DNA of 64,000 nt, taken from the NCBI GenBank assembly GCA_002269645.1, contig NIVC01001007.1, positions 186,001 to 250,000 of the forward strand. Reading direction: 5' to 3'. Origin of the DNA: Macrostomum lignano (lineage: Eukaryota). Made by a program: the position numbers and the translations under genes. The notes beneath the pieces are model-generated. The model made no database searches. It was given only the letters and a program-made list of their open reading frames with translations, and was not told the DNA's origin. This document shows, in pieces, positions 1-11,100 of this stretch. The first letter of the stretch is position 1, and every line of letters begins with the position of its first letter.

Positions 1-140
1 TCTCACTTGACAGAATAGGGGGTTCCATTAGATTAGATAGGGAACTCTCACCTGATAGAATAGGGGGTTCCATTAGATTAGATAGGGAACTCTCACTTGA
101 CAGAATAGGGGGTTCCATTAGATTAGATAGGGAACTCTCA
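1..140. repeat. 45-bp tandem repeat (~3 copies, runs off the window edge)
   Basis: Unit TCTCAC(T/C)TGA(C/T)AGAATAGGGGGTTCCATTAGATTAGATAGGGAAC starts at 1, 46 and 91. Confidence 0.95.
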
Positions 141-536
141 CCTGTCAGAGATTCAGTTTTAGAATAAATCACTTTAATTTATAGCTGTCTCTAAATGAGC
201 TGACTCTTTCGCTTTATTAGAAAGATAATCTTGGCAAATCTGCAACTTAATTAACACGATTCACCTGCGTGAAAGCGTGAAATATACAAGCTACAGCTGT
301 ATATATAGGGCGTATTTGCAAAATTAACCAACTAAAAAATGATAAATTTTTTTCTTCATCCTGATTGGCTGCCTATATGCTGGCATCCTCGAGCATTTAG
401 CAATCTCCGCATGATTAAACGACTAAAAAATTCTTCGAATAAGAAAAGATTTCTCTAAATCGAGATTGACAATTAATATAATGAGCATTCTAAGAACAGT
501 TAGCGATTGAAGGTTTTCAAGTCACAGGCGAGGTCT

Positions 537-823
537 CAGCATCCTGATACAGCATCCTGATACAGCATCCTGATACAGCATCCTGATACAGCATCCTGAT
601 ACAGCATCCTGATACAGCATCCTGATACAGCATCCTGATACAGCATCCTGATACAGCATCCTGATACAGCATCCTGATACAGCATCCTGATACAGCATCC
701 TGATACAGCATCCTGATACAGCATCCTGATACAGCATCCTGATACAGCATCCTGATACAGCATCCTGATACAGCATCCTGATACAGCATCCTGATACAGC
801 ATACTGATACAGCATACTGATAC
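537..823. repeat. 13-bp minisatellite (CAGCATCCTGATA)n, ~21 copies
   Basis: Read directly; explains the periodic MLYQDAVSGCCIR ORFs. Confidence 0.97.
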
Positions 824-2219
824 CCACAGTTCGATACCTCAGGTTAATTAGGTCTCAGCATTCTTATACTCAGTTTGTACAAAGCTTGAATAAGTTTTCA
901 AAATGTAGTAGGGGTTCAGGCTTGGCTTCATTTCTAGTTTGGATAGCTTTGCAACAACAAATTGGTTCAAGAGAGATTGAGCATGTCAGATTAACCTGTC
1001 AAATTGCTGCTATGAGTCCCATGCAGAATCCCTGGTAGAAAAGCTTAAACTCTATTGCACCATCGGAAATCTTGCTTTGGCCCCGACACGAACGAACGCG
1101 TTCGTGCCAGTGATGAAGACAAAGTCATCTGTCTAGCCACGATAATTGCACCCTTGAAGAAGAAGTTTGAAAGAAAAAAATGTTTTAAGATTGAAACTGT
1201 CGTGAAAATTATTTTTGATTTTCTTTTTTTTTAAAGAACTAATGATATTCCCTGTCTGAAATTGGTAAAATCTTGTAATTAGAAGGATATCTTGTAATTA
1301 GAAGGATAATAAAGCTTTCTAGAGTGCAGATGATCCTTTTCGGTGCAACGTTCCGGTGATATATACCTTTCCGATATCCGTGTCTTGTGTTATCCGCATC
1401 CACCCAGATAGTACAAGTGCTTTCTGATCTCCCCCGGATATTTCTAGCACACGCGGCTGCTGTTCTGGGCGCCTTTTCTTGTGCTTGTGGCGACTTCAGC
1501 TCATTCCTCCATCCGATCAATTTCTGAATTCGCTTCATCTTCATTCATTAACTATAGTACGAGCGTCTTATCTCTCTCCGAAACAAATTAATCTAATTTG
1601 TTGTCGTGGCCTGAATTGTAAACCTTTTTTAGCAGTCGTTCGACAATTCCATTTTCTGTTCTCGATCTTCGCTGTTTAAAAATGCTCCGTTTTTAATTGG
1701 GGGGATTGTATCTTCGCTCTTAAAGTATTCGTGCGAAATCCCTTATTCGAAAAAAATGTTCTATTTTGGGGGGTGTCGCTACTTTCCTACCTAGGCGCTA
1801 GTTTATTTACACTTCTTATCTGCTGTTTGGCTCTCTCCGTTCACCTTGTCTCGACCAATATAGTTCAAACCTCTCTCTTTATTGATCTCTTACCCTTTCC
1901 TTCTTCTGATTGGTCGGTCTCTCATTCTTCTCTAGCCTCTCATTCTCTCACCTGTCGCGTACTCCACCCTCCTTACTTTATGTCAGCCAACCCCCTCAGT
2001 TGAGCCTTCAACCTACCCCTTGCTGTACATAACGATACTGCTATAAATTATATAGATTTCAGAGCCCTTTCACTGATCATCTGTGTTAAGAGTAGTGGCT
2101 GCCTGCAGCAGGCCGGCCTAGAAATGTAGTTGTTTGCTATTTTCTCGGCAGCAAAGATGTATAACGTTATAGTTAGCCTAGGCGTGTTGAAACGGTGTGT
2201 GAAACGAACGGCATCCCAC

Positions 2220-2512
2220 CATGGATGAATAATATAACCGGATCGCCAGAAGCTCGATTTTTTTGGTCCTAGCCATAGACAAGCACCAGCATCACAAGAA
2301 GCTCAGAATGCCGTACTTTCACACATTTTCACTTATCCTACTAAGTATACTTATAAATAAAGGTTTGCAGCTTCTGCAGCGGCTATGTGTGAAAGTCTAT
2401 GTGTGAAAGTACGGCATTCTGAGCTTCTTGTGATGCTGGTGCAGTGGTGCTTGTCTATGGCTAGGACCAAAAAATCGAGCTACTGGCGATCCAGTTATAT
2501 TATTCATCCATG
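2220..2512. mobile_element. MITE with ~105-bp inverted arms, CATGGATG termini and 8-bp TSD (P- or hAT-like)
   Basis: CATGGATGAATAATATAA at 2220 and TTATATTATTCATCCATG ending at 2512. The direct repeat CATCCCAC lies at 2212-2219 and 2513-2520. Confidence 0.85.
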
Positions 2513-3938
2513 CATCCCACCCGCTGCGATTATCTATGGCCGACTTCCATAAGTAAAATCCTCGTATGCATATAAGTATCTAGTTAATGTTTCTACAACT
2601 TGTAGATTTTGAAACTAAAGCTTACAGTAGAACCGCTAAATAATGCTTACTATCAGTTACTTTTTCAATTCGCAAAAGGAGTTTTGGTCATAGACAATTT
2701 TTTAGACTTCGTTATTTCTTTCTTTGTCTAGAGTGCTGGTATGCTTCGGTGTTATGTATAAGATATTCTATGGGTTTGAGGTCGGTATGTGATTAAATCC
2801 CGAGAGCCATACTTGTAAGTCTATGGTTGAAGTTGGGGATGGGGGTGTGGGGGCGAAGCCCCTGCTGGGGGTCTTACCATAGACAAAATGCATTAAGAAA
2901 TTTCTCGAGTCACGAAGGAAGAGAAGAGAGAAGCTCGCTTATTTAGATACAAGAATCCTTGCAATATGTCCGGGAAAGTAATCGATTAAATCCCGCAACA
3001 TAAAATCTATGTCAATAACCTCCCTGAAAGTGAGCTTTAAAGTGGTTTAAAGCTCGTTTCTGCCCTCAGCAGCCTATCAATATTGGTATATTACGCTTTT
3101 TCAGTTCTTGTTAAAAAATCCAACAGGATGAGCAAGTATTGATCGCTCGTAAAACTCATAACAGAGGGCATAAATAAATTCATGAAGACAAACGCAATGA
3201 CAATTTTTCCAATAAACAGTACAACTGCGAGACCGAAGATGTTGCATGCAGCTGATGCAACCAAATTATTTATTATATATTATTGTCTTTTCAACATATT
3301 GTTGTAATTAAATTAAGAAATATCGGACACGCCTATCGATGACACAGCATATGATGAAATCGTTAGTTTTCATATTAAATGGCAAATTAAACAATAAAAA
3401 AGAACAACGCTGCACAGGACAAACTAGCTTTAACTGTGCTGAAATAATTTATATAAACAGTTGGGCTACTACTACTTGTAGTAGCCAGTTTAGCTGCAGA
3501 CGACAGTTGTTTTGAAACAGCAACTATTAATATTAGAAATACACAAGCACACAAACACAAGCGAATATACAAATAAATAAATAGATAAGCAGAGAGCAAT
3601 AAACAAATGACCAAAACTGTGTTGCTATGCCCCCCCCCAGCCCCTTAACAAAACTACAGTGAGCTTAAGAAACATTAAATAGAGGGACAGATAGAATGAA
3701 CACGCGCGCATGCAGCAATTTATGATAATTTAAAATCTTTCTTTTTTATTTAGTTAGACTGACGACAAACCTAGCCCGGATGCTGAGCATCAGAAACACC
3801 ATTTTCAGCATACAGATATAGTACTATTAGCAGTACAAAATGAACCTTATAATTAAATTCAAGACCAAAGCGCAAAAGTTACAAAACTGAAAATTTAAAG
3901 ATTCTTAGACACAAAACTGTATTAATAAACATTAAACT

Positions 3939-4118
3939 CAGGGACTACTCAAACACCGGGACGGGAAACTAAAATTTTTTTACGAGGCTGGCTGGCAATT
4001 ATTTTCATTAGAGAGATGCTGTGTTACTTTGTTGTCTATGGTTATTTTCTACTGCTGATGATAGACCAGCCTCGTAAAAAAATTCCAGCCTCCCGTCCCG
4101 GTGTTTGAGTAGTCCCTG
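3939..4118. mobile_element. hAT-type MITE (180 bp)
   Basis: TIRs CAGGGACTACTCAAACACCGGGACGGG...CCCGTCCCGGTGTTTGAGTAGTCCCTG. Perfect 8-bp TSD ATTAAACT at 3931-3938 and 4119-4126. CAGGG ends with an 8-bp TSD are typical of hAT. Confidence 0.88.
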
Positions 4119-5401
4119 ATTAAACTACTACTACTAAATAATAACAATAGGAGCATCATACGTATATTAAAATATTTTTATGCTTTTTATTAATTAAACA
4201 ACACAAAAAGATACAGTAGACAGCTTTTTAATACTATTTACACGACAAAACATTTAGAATTCATCGGACATATAAGGGTAGGTATTCAGGGTATAAGAAA
4301 TGGACCGTGGAACATTAGTTTAAAATTGCATACTACTTAGCGTTACCGTCAATCAGTAGTAGTATTTCTAGAAAAATTTACCGGGACTTTGCTACTACTG
4401 AAAACCCTGGGATTTCGGGACTAGCTGACAAATGCGCGAGTAAGACCTGTAGAAGCATGAGTACTAATAGTAGTAATAATAATAACAATGCTTTACAAGT
4501 GCTACTTAAAAGCGAGGGGAAAAGGTGTCGTCACCGAGAATTATTCGATTTCTAAGAATCAGTCACAAACACAGATACTAGAATAACTAGAGACTCAGCA
4601 CATTTTCGTGTAAGCTACTTTCAGTTGAATAGAAGCATTTTATTGTATTTTAAAGCCAAGGCTTCTTTATTGGCTCTTACCTACAGCGTAAGCCCGCAAG
4701 CCCCGCCCCAAATTTTAATTGCCTTTCTCGGAACTGCCATGTACATTTCAGTGGACTGGCCAATGTACATTATTGCTGAACCAATTAGCAAGTTGTTTAC
4801 GCCTGCAAGCTGGGCTTCTAAACTTATCAGAGCAATTTGAGCCGCCTTTATTTTTATAAAATAGCTTTTGTATTCTTCTTTGCTACTGAACTGAAAGTAG
4901 AAAGCTGTTTTACTACGCATATATGCCTGAGTGGCCCATCTAGTTATTTAGTATCTGTGGTAACTAACGGAGAGATAGCGAGACGGTAAGAAAGGTACAA
5001 CTAGACAACAGCAACAATAAAGCGATTTTAAAAAAAAGCCGGTGAAAACGACACAGCATTATAACAACAGAATAGTCAATGCAACGGATTTTAAATTACC
5101 AAATTAGACATTTAGAGCCAGATAAGAGTACAGTACTTAGGATACTTGTCGATCTAAGTACACAACATTAAAGACGGGTAAAGCAGGTAAAAAATTATTT
5201 ATATATTTTTGCAATTCCTATGATTTATTCATACACGTAGATTGGTTGAAAAAAGATATAGAAACAACCGGACTAAAACTCAGCCTCCGTTTCTATACTA
5301 ATTATTAGATTTTTGATTGACAATTTTGTGGGCATTTTGTTGGCTTCAAAACCAGGACACGAACTGAACTAAGTTGGATTTCTGCTGCAGGCAAAGAAAG
5401 C

Positions 5402-6597
5402 CTAAGCGGACGAGCTCACTTCCTCTTCGTCCTCCACTTCGTCTTCGTCATCTCCGGAGGCGGCCACGGCTCGGCGACCGTTTCGCGAGCCGGCCGCCAG
5501 CTGCCGGGCTCGCTTTGTTGGCACCTCGTCACCTTCCTCTTCCTCCTCTTCTTCGTCCTCATAATCTTCCTCTTCTTCATCGTCATCCTCTTCGCCGGCG
5601 CCGCCATTGGCACGAACGCCTGCGGCGGCGCGTCGCTTACGGGAATTGACCGTCGCCAGCTGGCCGCGAGAGGAATCCTCGTCTTCTTCTTCTTCCTCCT
5701 CTTCCTCTTCGTCTTCTTCAAAGTCTTCCTCTTCGTCGTCTTCTTCGCCAACGAATGAGCCTTCGGGAGCGACGCCGAATTCTAGGGCGATTTCTACGAG
5801 ATCGTCCTCTTCCACTTCGTCCAGCTGCTCCAGCCGGTCCTGGTGGCGATGTTGATAGAGGGGGACTGCTTGCGAATGCACGTCTGTGGCGATTTAGTCT
5901 ATGGCAATTCTAACAGTCCGGTTTTGTCTATGGTAATTCTAACAGGAATTTCTCTATGGTAATTTTAACAGGGCTTTGTCTATGGTAATTCTAACAGGGC
6001 TTTGTCTATGGTAATTCTAACAGGCCGGTTTTGTCTATGGTAATTCTAACAGGCCGGTTTTGTCTATGGTAATTATAAGAGCAGGGTATGGTCTATGACG
6101 GTTGAAAGTAAAAGAAAACGAAAAACGAATCTCACCTGAATATCTGACAGCATATCCACAGCATCGGGAGCGTCATTAGCAATGGTTCTGGCCGATTCAA
6201 ATTCAGCTTTAGCTTCGTCAATTTTGCTCTGGCCCAGCAGGGCAATGCCCAGCATGTAGTGAGCTCTGGTGAGATCGCGAGCGGCGGAGGCTGTAGTGGC
6301 AGCTTCATCATCTCCAGACGCTTTAGCGGCGGCATCGGCCGCAGCTACGGACGCCGTTAGCTGGTTAATGGCGGCGGCCCATTCTTTCTTCTGAATAGAG
6401 ATTTCGGCTTGACCAGTCTGTGCGGCAAGGACCTCCGGCCAGCGGGTTTTATCGCTGGAGGCGGCCGCCTCAGCCTCTTTGAACTTGACGAGGGCCTGCT
6501 CGAGGTCGGACTCCATAAACAGTTCGCGGGCCTCAGTCAGTGCGTCCTCCTGATCTTCCTCCTCGTGCTGCTGGACTTGTTGCTTGGCTTCCGACAT
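5402..6597 (-). CDS. NASP-like TPR histone chaperone with acidic C-terminal tail, 2 exons (6597-6136, 5839-5402), ~299 aa
   Basis: CAG|GTGAG donor and CCACCAG|GAC acceptor join DMLSDIQ|DRLEQL in frame. AQTGQAEISIQ, RAHYMLGIALLGQSKIDEAKAEF and DMLSDIQDRLEQL resemble NASP TPR3, TPR4 and the capping helix. D/E tracts and KR clusters (NLS-like) follow. Confidence 0.72.
5890..6075. repeat. Intronic ~25-28-bp minisatellite (TTGTCTATGGTAATTCTAACAGGGC variants)
   Basis: About 7 copies inside the intron of the NASP-like gene. Confidence 0.9.
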
Positions 6598-6779
6598 TAT
6601 TGACGATTTTTGAATATGCTCTGCGTGTGCTTTTTGTACCTGTGCCTTTGTTTAATTAGCTGCTGCCCACCGCCCTAGCATGCAACCATTTCATAGAGAG
6701 GCATTTGCAGCTTGAGCTCTAAATCTTTATGATAGATTGTAGAGAATCTTGTCTGTGAGAACAAATTACAGATAAAGAA

Positions 6780-7745
6780 TCTTGTCTATACTAGAATCTT
6801 AACTGTGAGAAGAGATTAGAAACAGTAAATTTTATCTATACTAGATTCTTATCAGTGGGAATAGATTACAGAAGATAACTAGAATCTTAGTTATCTTAAC
6901 TATGCTAGAATCGTATCTGTGAGAATAGATTAGACAGAGAATCTTATCTATGCTAGAATCGTATCTGTGAGAATAAATTAGACAGAGAATCTTATCTATG
7001 CTAGAATCGTATCTGTGAGAATAGATTAGACAGAGAATCTTATCTATGCTAGTATCGTATCTGTGAGAATAGATTAGACAGAGAATCTTATCTATGCTAG
7101 AATCGTATCTGTGAGAATAAATTAGACAGAGAATCTTATCTATGCTAGAATCGTATCTGTGAGAATAGATTAGACAGAGAATCTTATCTATGCTAGAATC
7201 GTATCTGTGAGTATAGATTAGACAGAGAATCTTATCTATGCTAGAATCGTATATGTGAGAATAGATTAGACAGAAAATCTTATCTATGCTAGAATCGTAT
7301 ATGTGAGAATAGATTAGACAGAAAATCTTATCTATGCTAGAATCGTATCTGTGAGAATAGATTAGACAGAGAATCTTATCTATGCCAGAATCGTATCTGT
7401 GAGAATAGATTAGACAGAGAATCTTATCTATGCCAGAATCGTATCTGTGAGAATAGATTAGACAGAGAATATATCTATTAGAATCTTATCTGTGAGACTG
7501 AGAATAGATTAGACAGAATCTTCTCTATTAGAATATTATCTGTGACAATAGATTAGAAACAGAATCATATCTGCGAGAATAGATTAGACAGAGAATCTTA
7601 TCTATTAGAATCTTATCTGTGAGAATAGATCAGACAGAGAATCTTATCTAGTAGAATCTTATCTATAATATAATCTTATCTGCGTTAATAGATTAAACAG
7701 AGAATCTTATCTCTAATAGAATCTTATCTGTGTTAATAGATCACA
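6780..7745. repeat. 48-bp minisatellite with degenerate flanks
   Basis: Unit GTATCTGTGAGAATAGATTAGACAGAGAATCTTATCTATGCTAGAATC; most homogeneous at ~6900-7480. Confidence 0.93.
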
Positions 7746-8136
7746 GACATGGGATCTATTTCTATAAGGTTAACACCAACTAATTGAAGTGCCTAGATTC
7801 ATATGTAACCATAATTACAAGACTACAAGTAAAAAACGCAAAACAAACTAGTATTGAAATGACTGAAATTCATTTTTTTGCAATCAAACGCTTACATTTA
7901 CGCAACTAACAAACATAGGAGGAAAAACTCATTGAAGAAATGCATAGACAGTTTTTTTCATAAAACTATGAATAGTTAATGCAATATAGCGGTCTATTAA
8001 TTACTGATACTAATTGTAAAATTACAATTTTCTTGTTGATTCAAATTAGTAAAACACAAATTGGCATTACACTCTTTGATAGACAATTAATGATGATCAA
8101 CTCAAACTTAAGGTCAATCAAGGTCATAAAAATTCT

Positions 8137-11100
8137 TTACACAGCTTCAGTAGTCAGCTCAACGTTAGCTTCATTGTCAGCGTCATCAAAAGAATTAGCC
8201 GGCCCGTTGCCTTGCACAGAAGTCGGTAACTGACCACGAGACCGCAGATTTTGCTCTAACACGTGTATCTGACTGTAGGCCTCAGTCAGCTGAGACTGCA
8301 ACTGAACTACAGTCGATTGCAGCGATTCCGTCTCGGAGTCAATTTCTGTTAGAAATTCTTCTTGCTCTGAGCGGGAGAGGCATGGAGAAGCAATGCAAAA
8401 AGTATGTTTAACACTTATAATCTTTGGAAATAAACTTTAAAAAACTACAGAAGGAACACAGGTGCTGATGGGTCTGGGAGAATGGAAGCAGAAAGGAACA
8501 CAGGTGCTGATGGGTCTGGGAGAATGGAAGCAGAAGGGAACACAGGTGCTGATGGGTCTGGGAGAATGGAAGCAGAAGGGAACACAGGTGCTGATGGGTC
8601 TGGGAGAATGGAAGCAGAAAGGAACACATGTGCTGATGGGTCTGGGAGAATGGAAGCAGAAAGGAACACAGGTGCTGATGGGTCTGGGAGAATGGAAGCA
8701 GAAAGGAACACATGTGCTGATGGGTCTGGGAGAATGGAAGCAGAAAGGAACACAGGTGCTGATGGGTCTGGGAGAATGGAAGCAGAAAGGAACACAGGTG
8801 CTGATGGGTCTGGGAGAATGGAAGCAGAAAGGAACACAGGTGCTGATGGGTCTGGGAGAATGGAAGCAGAAGGGAACACAGGTGCTGATGGGTCTGGGAG
8901 AATGGAAGCAGAAGGGAACACAGGTGCTGATGGGTCTGGGAGAATGGAAGCAGAAAGGAACACAGGTGCTGATGGGTCTGGGAGAATGGAAGCAGAAGGG
9001 AACACATGTGCTGATGGGTCTGGGAGAATGGAAGCAGAAAGGAACACAGGTGCTGATGGGTCTGGGAGAATGGAAGCAGAAAGGAACACAGGTGCTGATG
9101 GGTCTGGGAGAATGGAAGCAGAAGGGAACACAGGTGCTGATGGGTCTGGGAGAATGGAAGCAGAAGGGAACACAGGTGCTGATGGGTCTGGGAGAATGGA
9201 AGCAGAAAGGAACACATGTGCTGATGGGTCTGGGAGAATGGAAGCAGAAAGGAACACAGGTGCTGATGGGTCTGGGAGAATGGAAGCAGAAAGGAACACA
9301 TGTGCTGATGGGTCTGGGAGAATGGAAGCAGAAAGGAACACAGGTGCTGATGGGTCTGGGAGAATGGAAGCAGAAAGGAACACAGGTGCTGATGGGTCTG
9401 GGAGAATGGAAGCAGAAAGGAACACAGGTGCTGATGGGTCTGGGAGAATGGAAGCAGAAGGGAACACAGGTGCTGATGGGTCTGGGAGAATGGAAGCAGA
9501 AGGGAACACAGGTGCTGATGGGTCTGGGAGAATGGAAGCAGAAAGGAACACATGTGCTGATGGGTCTGGGAGAATGGAAGCAGAAAGGAACACAGGTGCT
9601 GATGGGTCTGGGAGAATGGAAGCAGAAAGGAACACATGTGCTGATGGGTCTGGGAGAATGGAAGCAGAAAGGAACACAGGTGCTGATGGGTCTGGGAGAA
9701 TGGAAGCAGAAAGGAACACAGGTGCTGATGGGTCTGGGAGAATGGAAGCAGAAAGGAACACAGGTGCTGATGGGTCTGGGAGAATGGAAGCAGAAAGGAA
9801 CACAGGTGCTGATGGGTCTGGGAGAATGGAAGCAGAAGGGAACACATGTGCTGATGGGTCTGGGAGAATGGAAGCAGAAAGGAACACAGGTGCTGATGGG
9901 TCTGGGAGAATGGAAGCAGAAGGGAACACAGGTGCTGATGGGTCTGGGAGAATGGAAGCAGAAAGGAACACAGGTGCTGATGGGTCTGGGAGAATGGAAG
10001 CAGAAGGGAACACAGGTGCTGATGGGTCTGGGAGAATGGAAGCAGAAAGGAACACAGGTGCTGATGGGTCTGGGAGAATGGAAGCAGAAAGGAACACAGG
10101 TGCTGATGGGTCTGGGAGAATGGAAGCAGAAAGGAACACAGGTGCTGATGGGTCTGGGAGCGGAGAATGGAAGCAGAAGGGAACACAGGTGCTGATGGGT
10201 CTGGGAGAATGGAAGCAGAAAGGAACACATGTGCTGATGGGTCTGGGAGAATGGAAGCAGAAAGGAACACATGTGCTGATGGGTCTGGGAGAATGGAAGC
10301 AGAAAGGAACACAGGTGCTGATGGGTCTGGGAGAATGGAAGCAGAAAGGAACACAGGTGCTGATGGGTCTGGGAGAATGGAAGCAGAAAGGAACACAGGT
10401 GCTGATGGGTCTGGGAGAATGGAAGCAGAAAGGAACACAGGTGCTGATGGGTCTGGGAGAATGGAAGCAGAAGGGAACACATGTGCTGATGGGTCTGGGA
10501 GAATGGAAGCAGAAAGGAACACAGGTGCTGATGGGTCTGGGAGAATGGAAGCAGAAAGGAACACAGGTGCTGATGGGTCTGGGAGAATGGAAGCAGAAAG
10601 GAACACATGTGCTGATGGGTCTGGGAGAATGGAAGCAGAAAGGAACACAGGTGCTGATGGGTCTGGGAGAATGGAAGCAGAAAGGAACACATGTGCTGAT
10701 GGGTCTGGGAGAATGGAAGCAGAAAGGAACACAGGTGCTGATGGGTCTGGGAGAATGGAAGCAGAAAGGAACACATGTGCTGATGGGTCTGGGAGAATGG
10801 AAGCAGAAAGGAACACAGGTGCTGATGGGTCTGGGAGAATGGAAGCAGAAAGGAACACATGTGCTGATGGGTCTGGGAGAATGGAAGCAGAAAGGAACAC
10901 AGGTGCTGATGGGTCTGGGAGAATGGAAGCAGAAAGGAACACAGGTGCTGATGGGTCTGGGAGAATGGAAGCAGAAAGGAACACAGGTGCTGATGGGTCT
11001 GGGAGAATGGAAGCAGAAAGGAACACAGGTGCTGATGGGTCTGGGAGAATGGAAGCAGAAGGGAACACATGTGCTGATGGGTCTGGGAGAATGGAAGCAG

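Noticed and set aside
517-827. MLYQDAVSGCCIR repeat ORFs
   Set aside because: Artefact of the 13-bp tandem repeat.
1239-2030. Short ORFs and LTR-like TATA/CCAAT text
   Set aside because: No conserved motif, paired LTR or TSD found; probably decayed repeat.
4681-4920. 79-aa minus-strand ORF with splice-like flanks; GC box and CCAAT boxes nearby
   Set aside because: No recognisable homology, and the ORF stops immediately before the putative donor. The direction and target of the promoter-like motifs cannot be determined.
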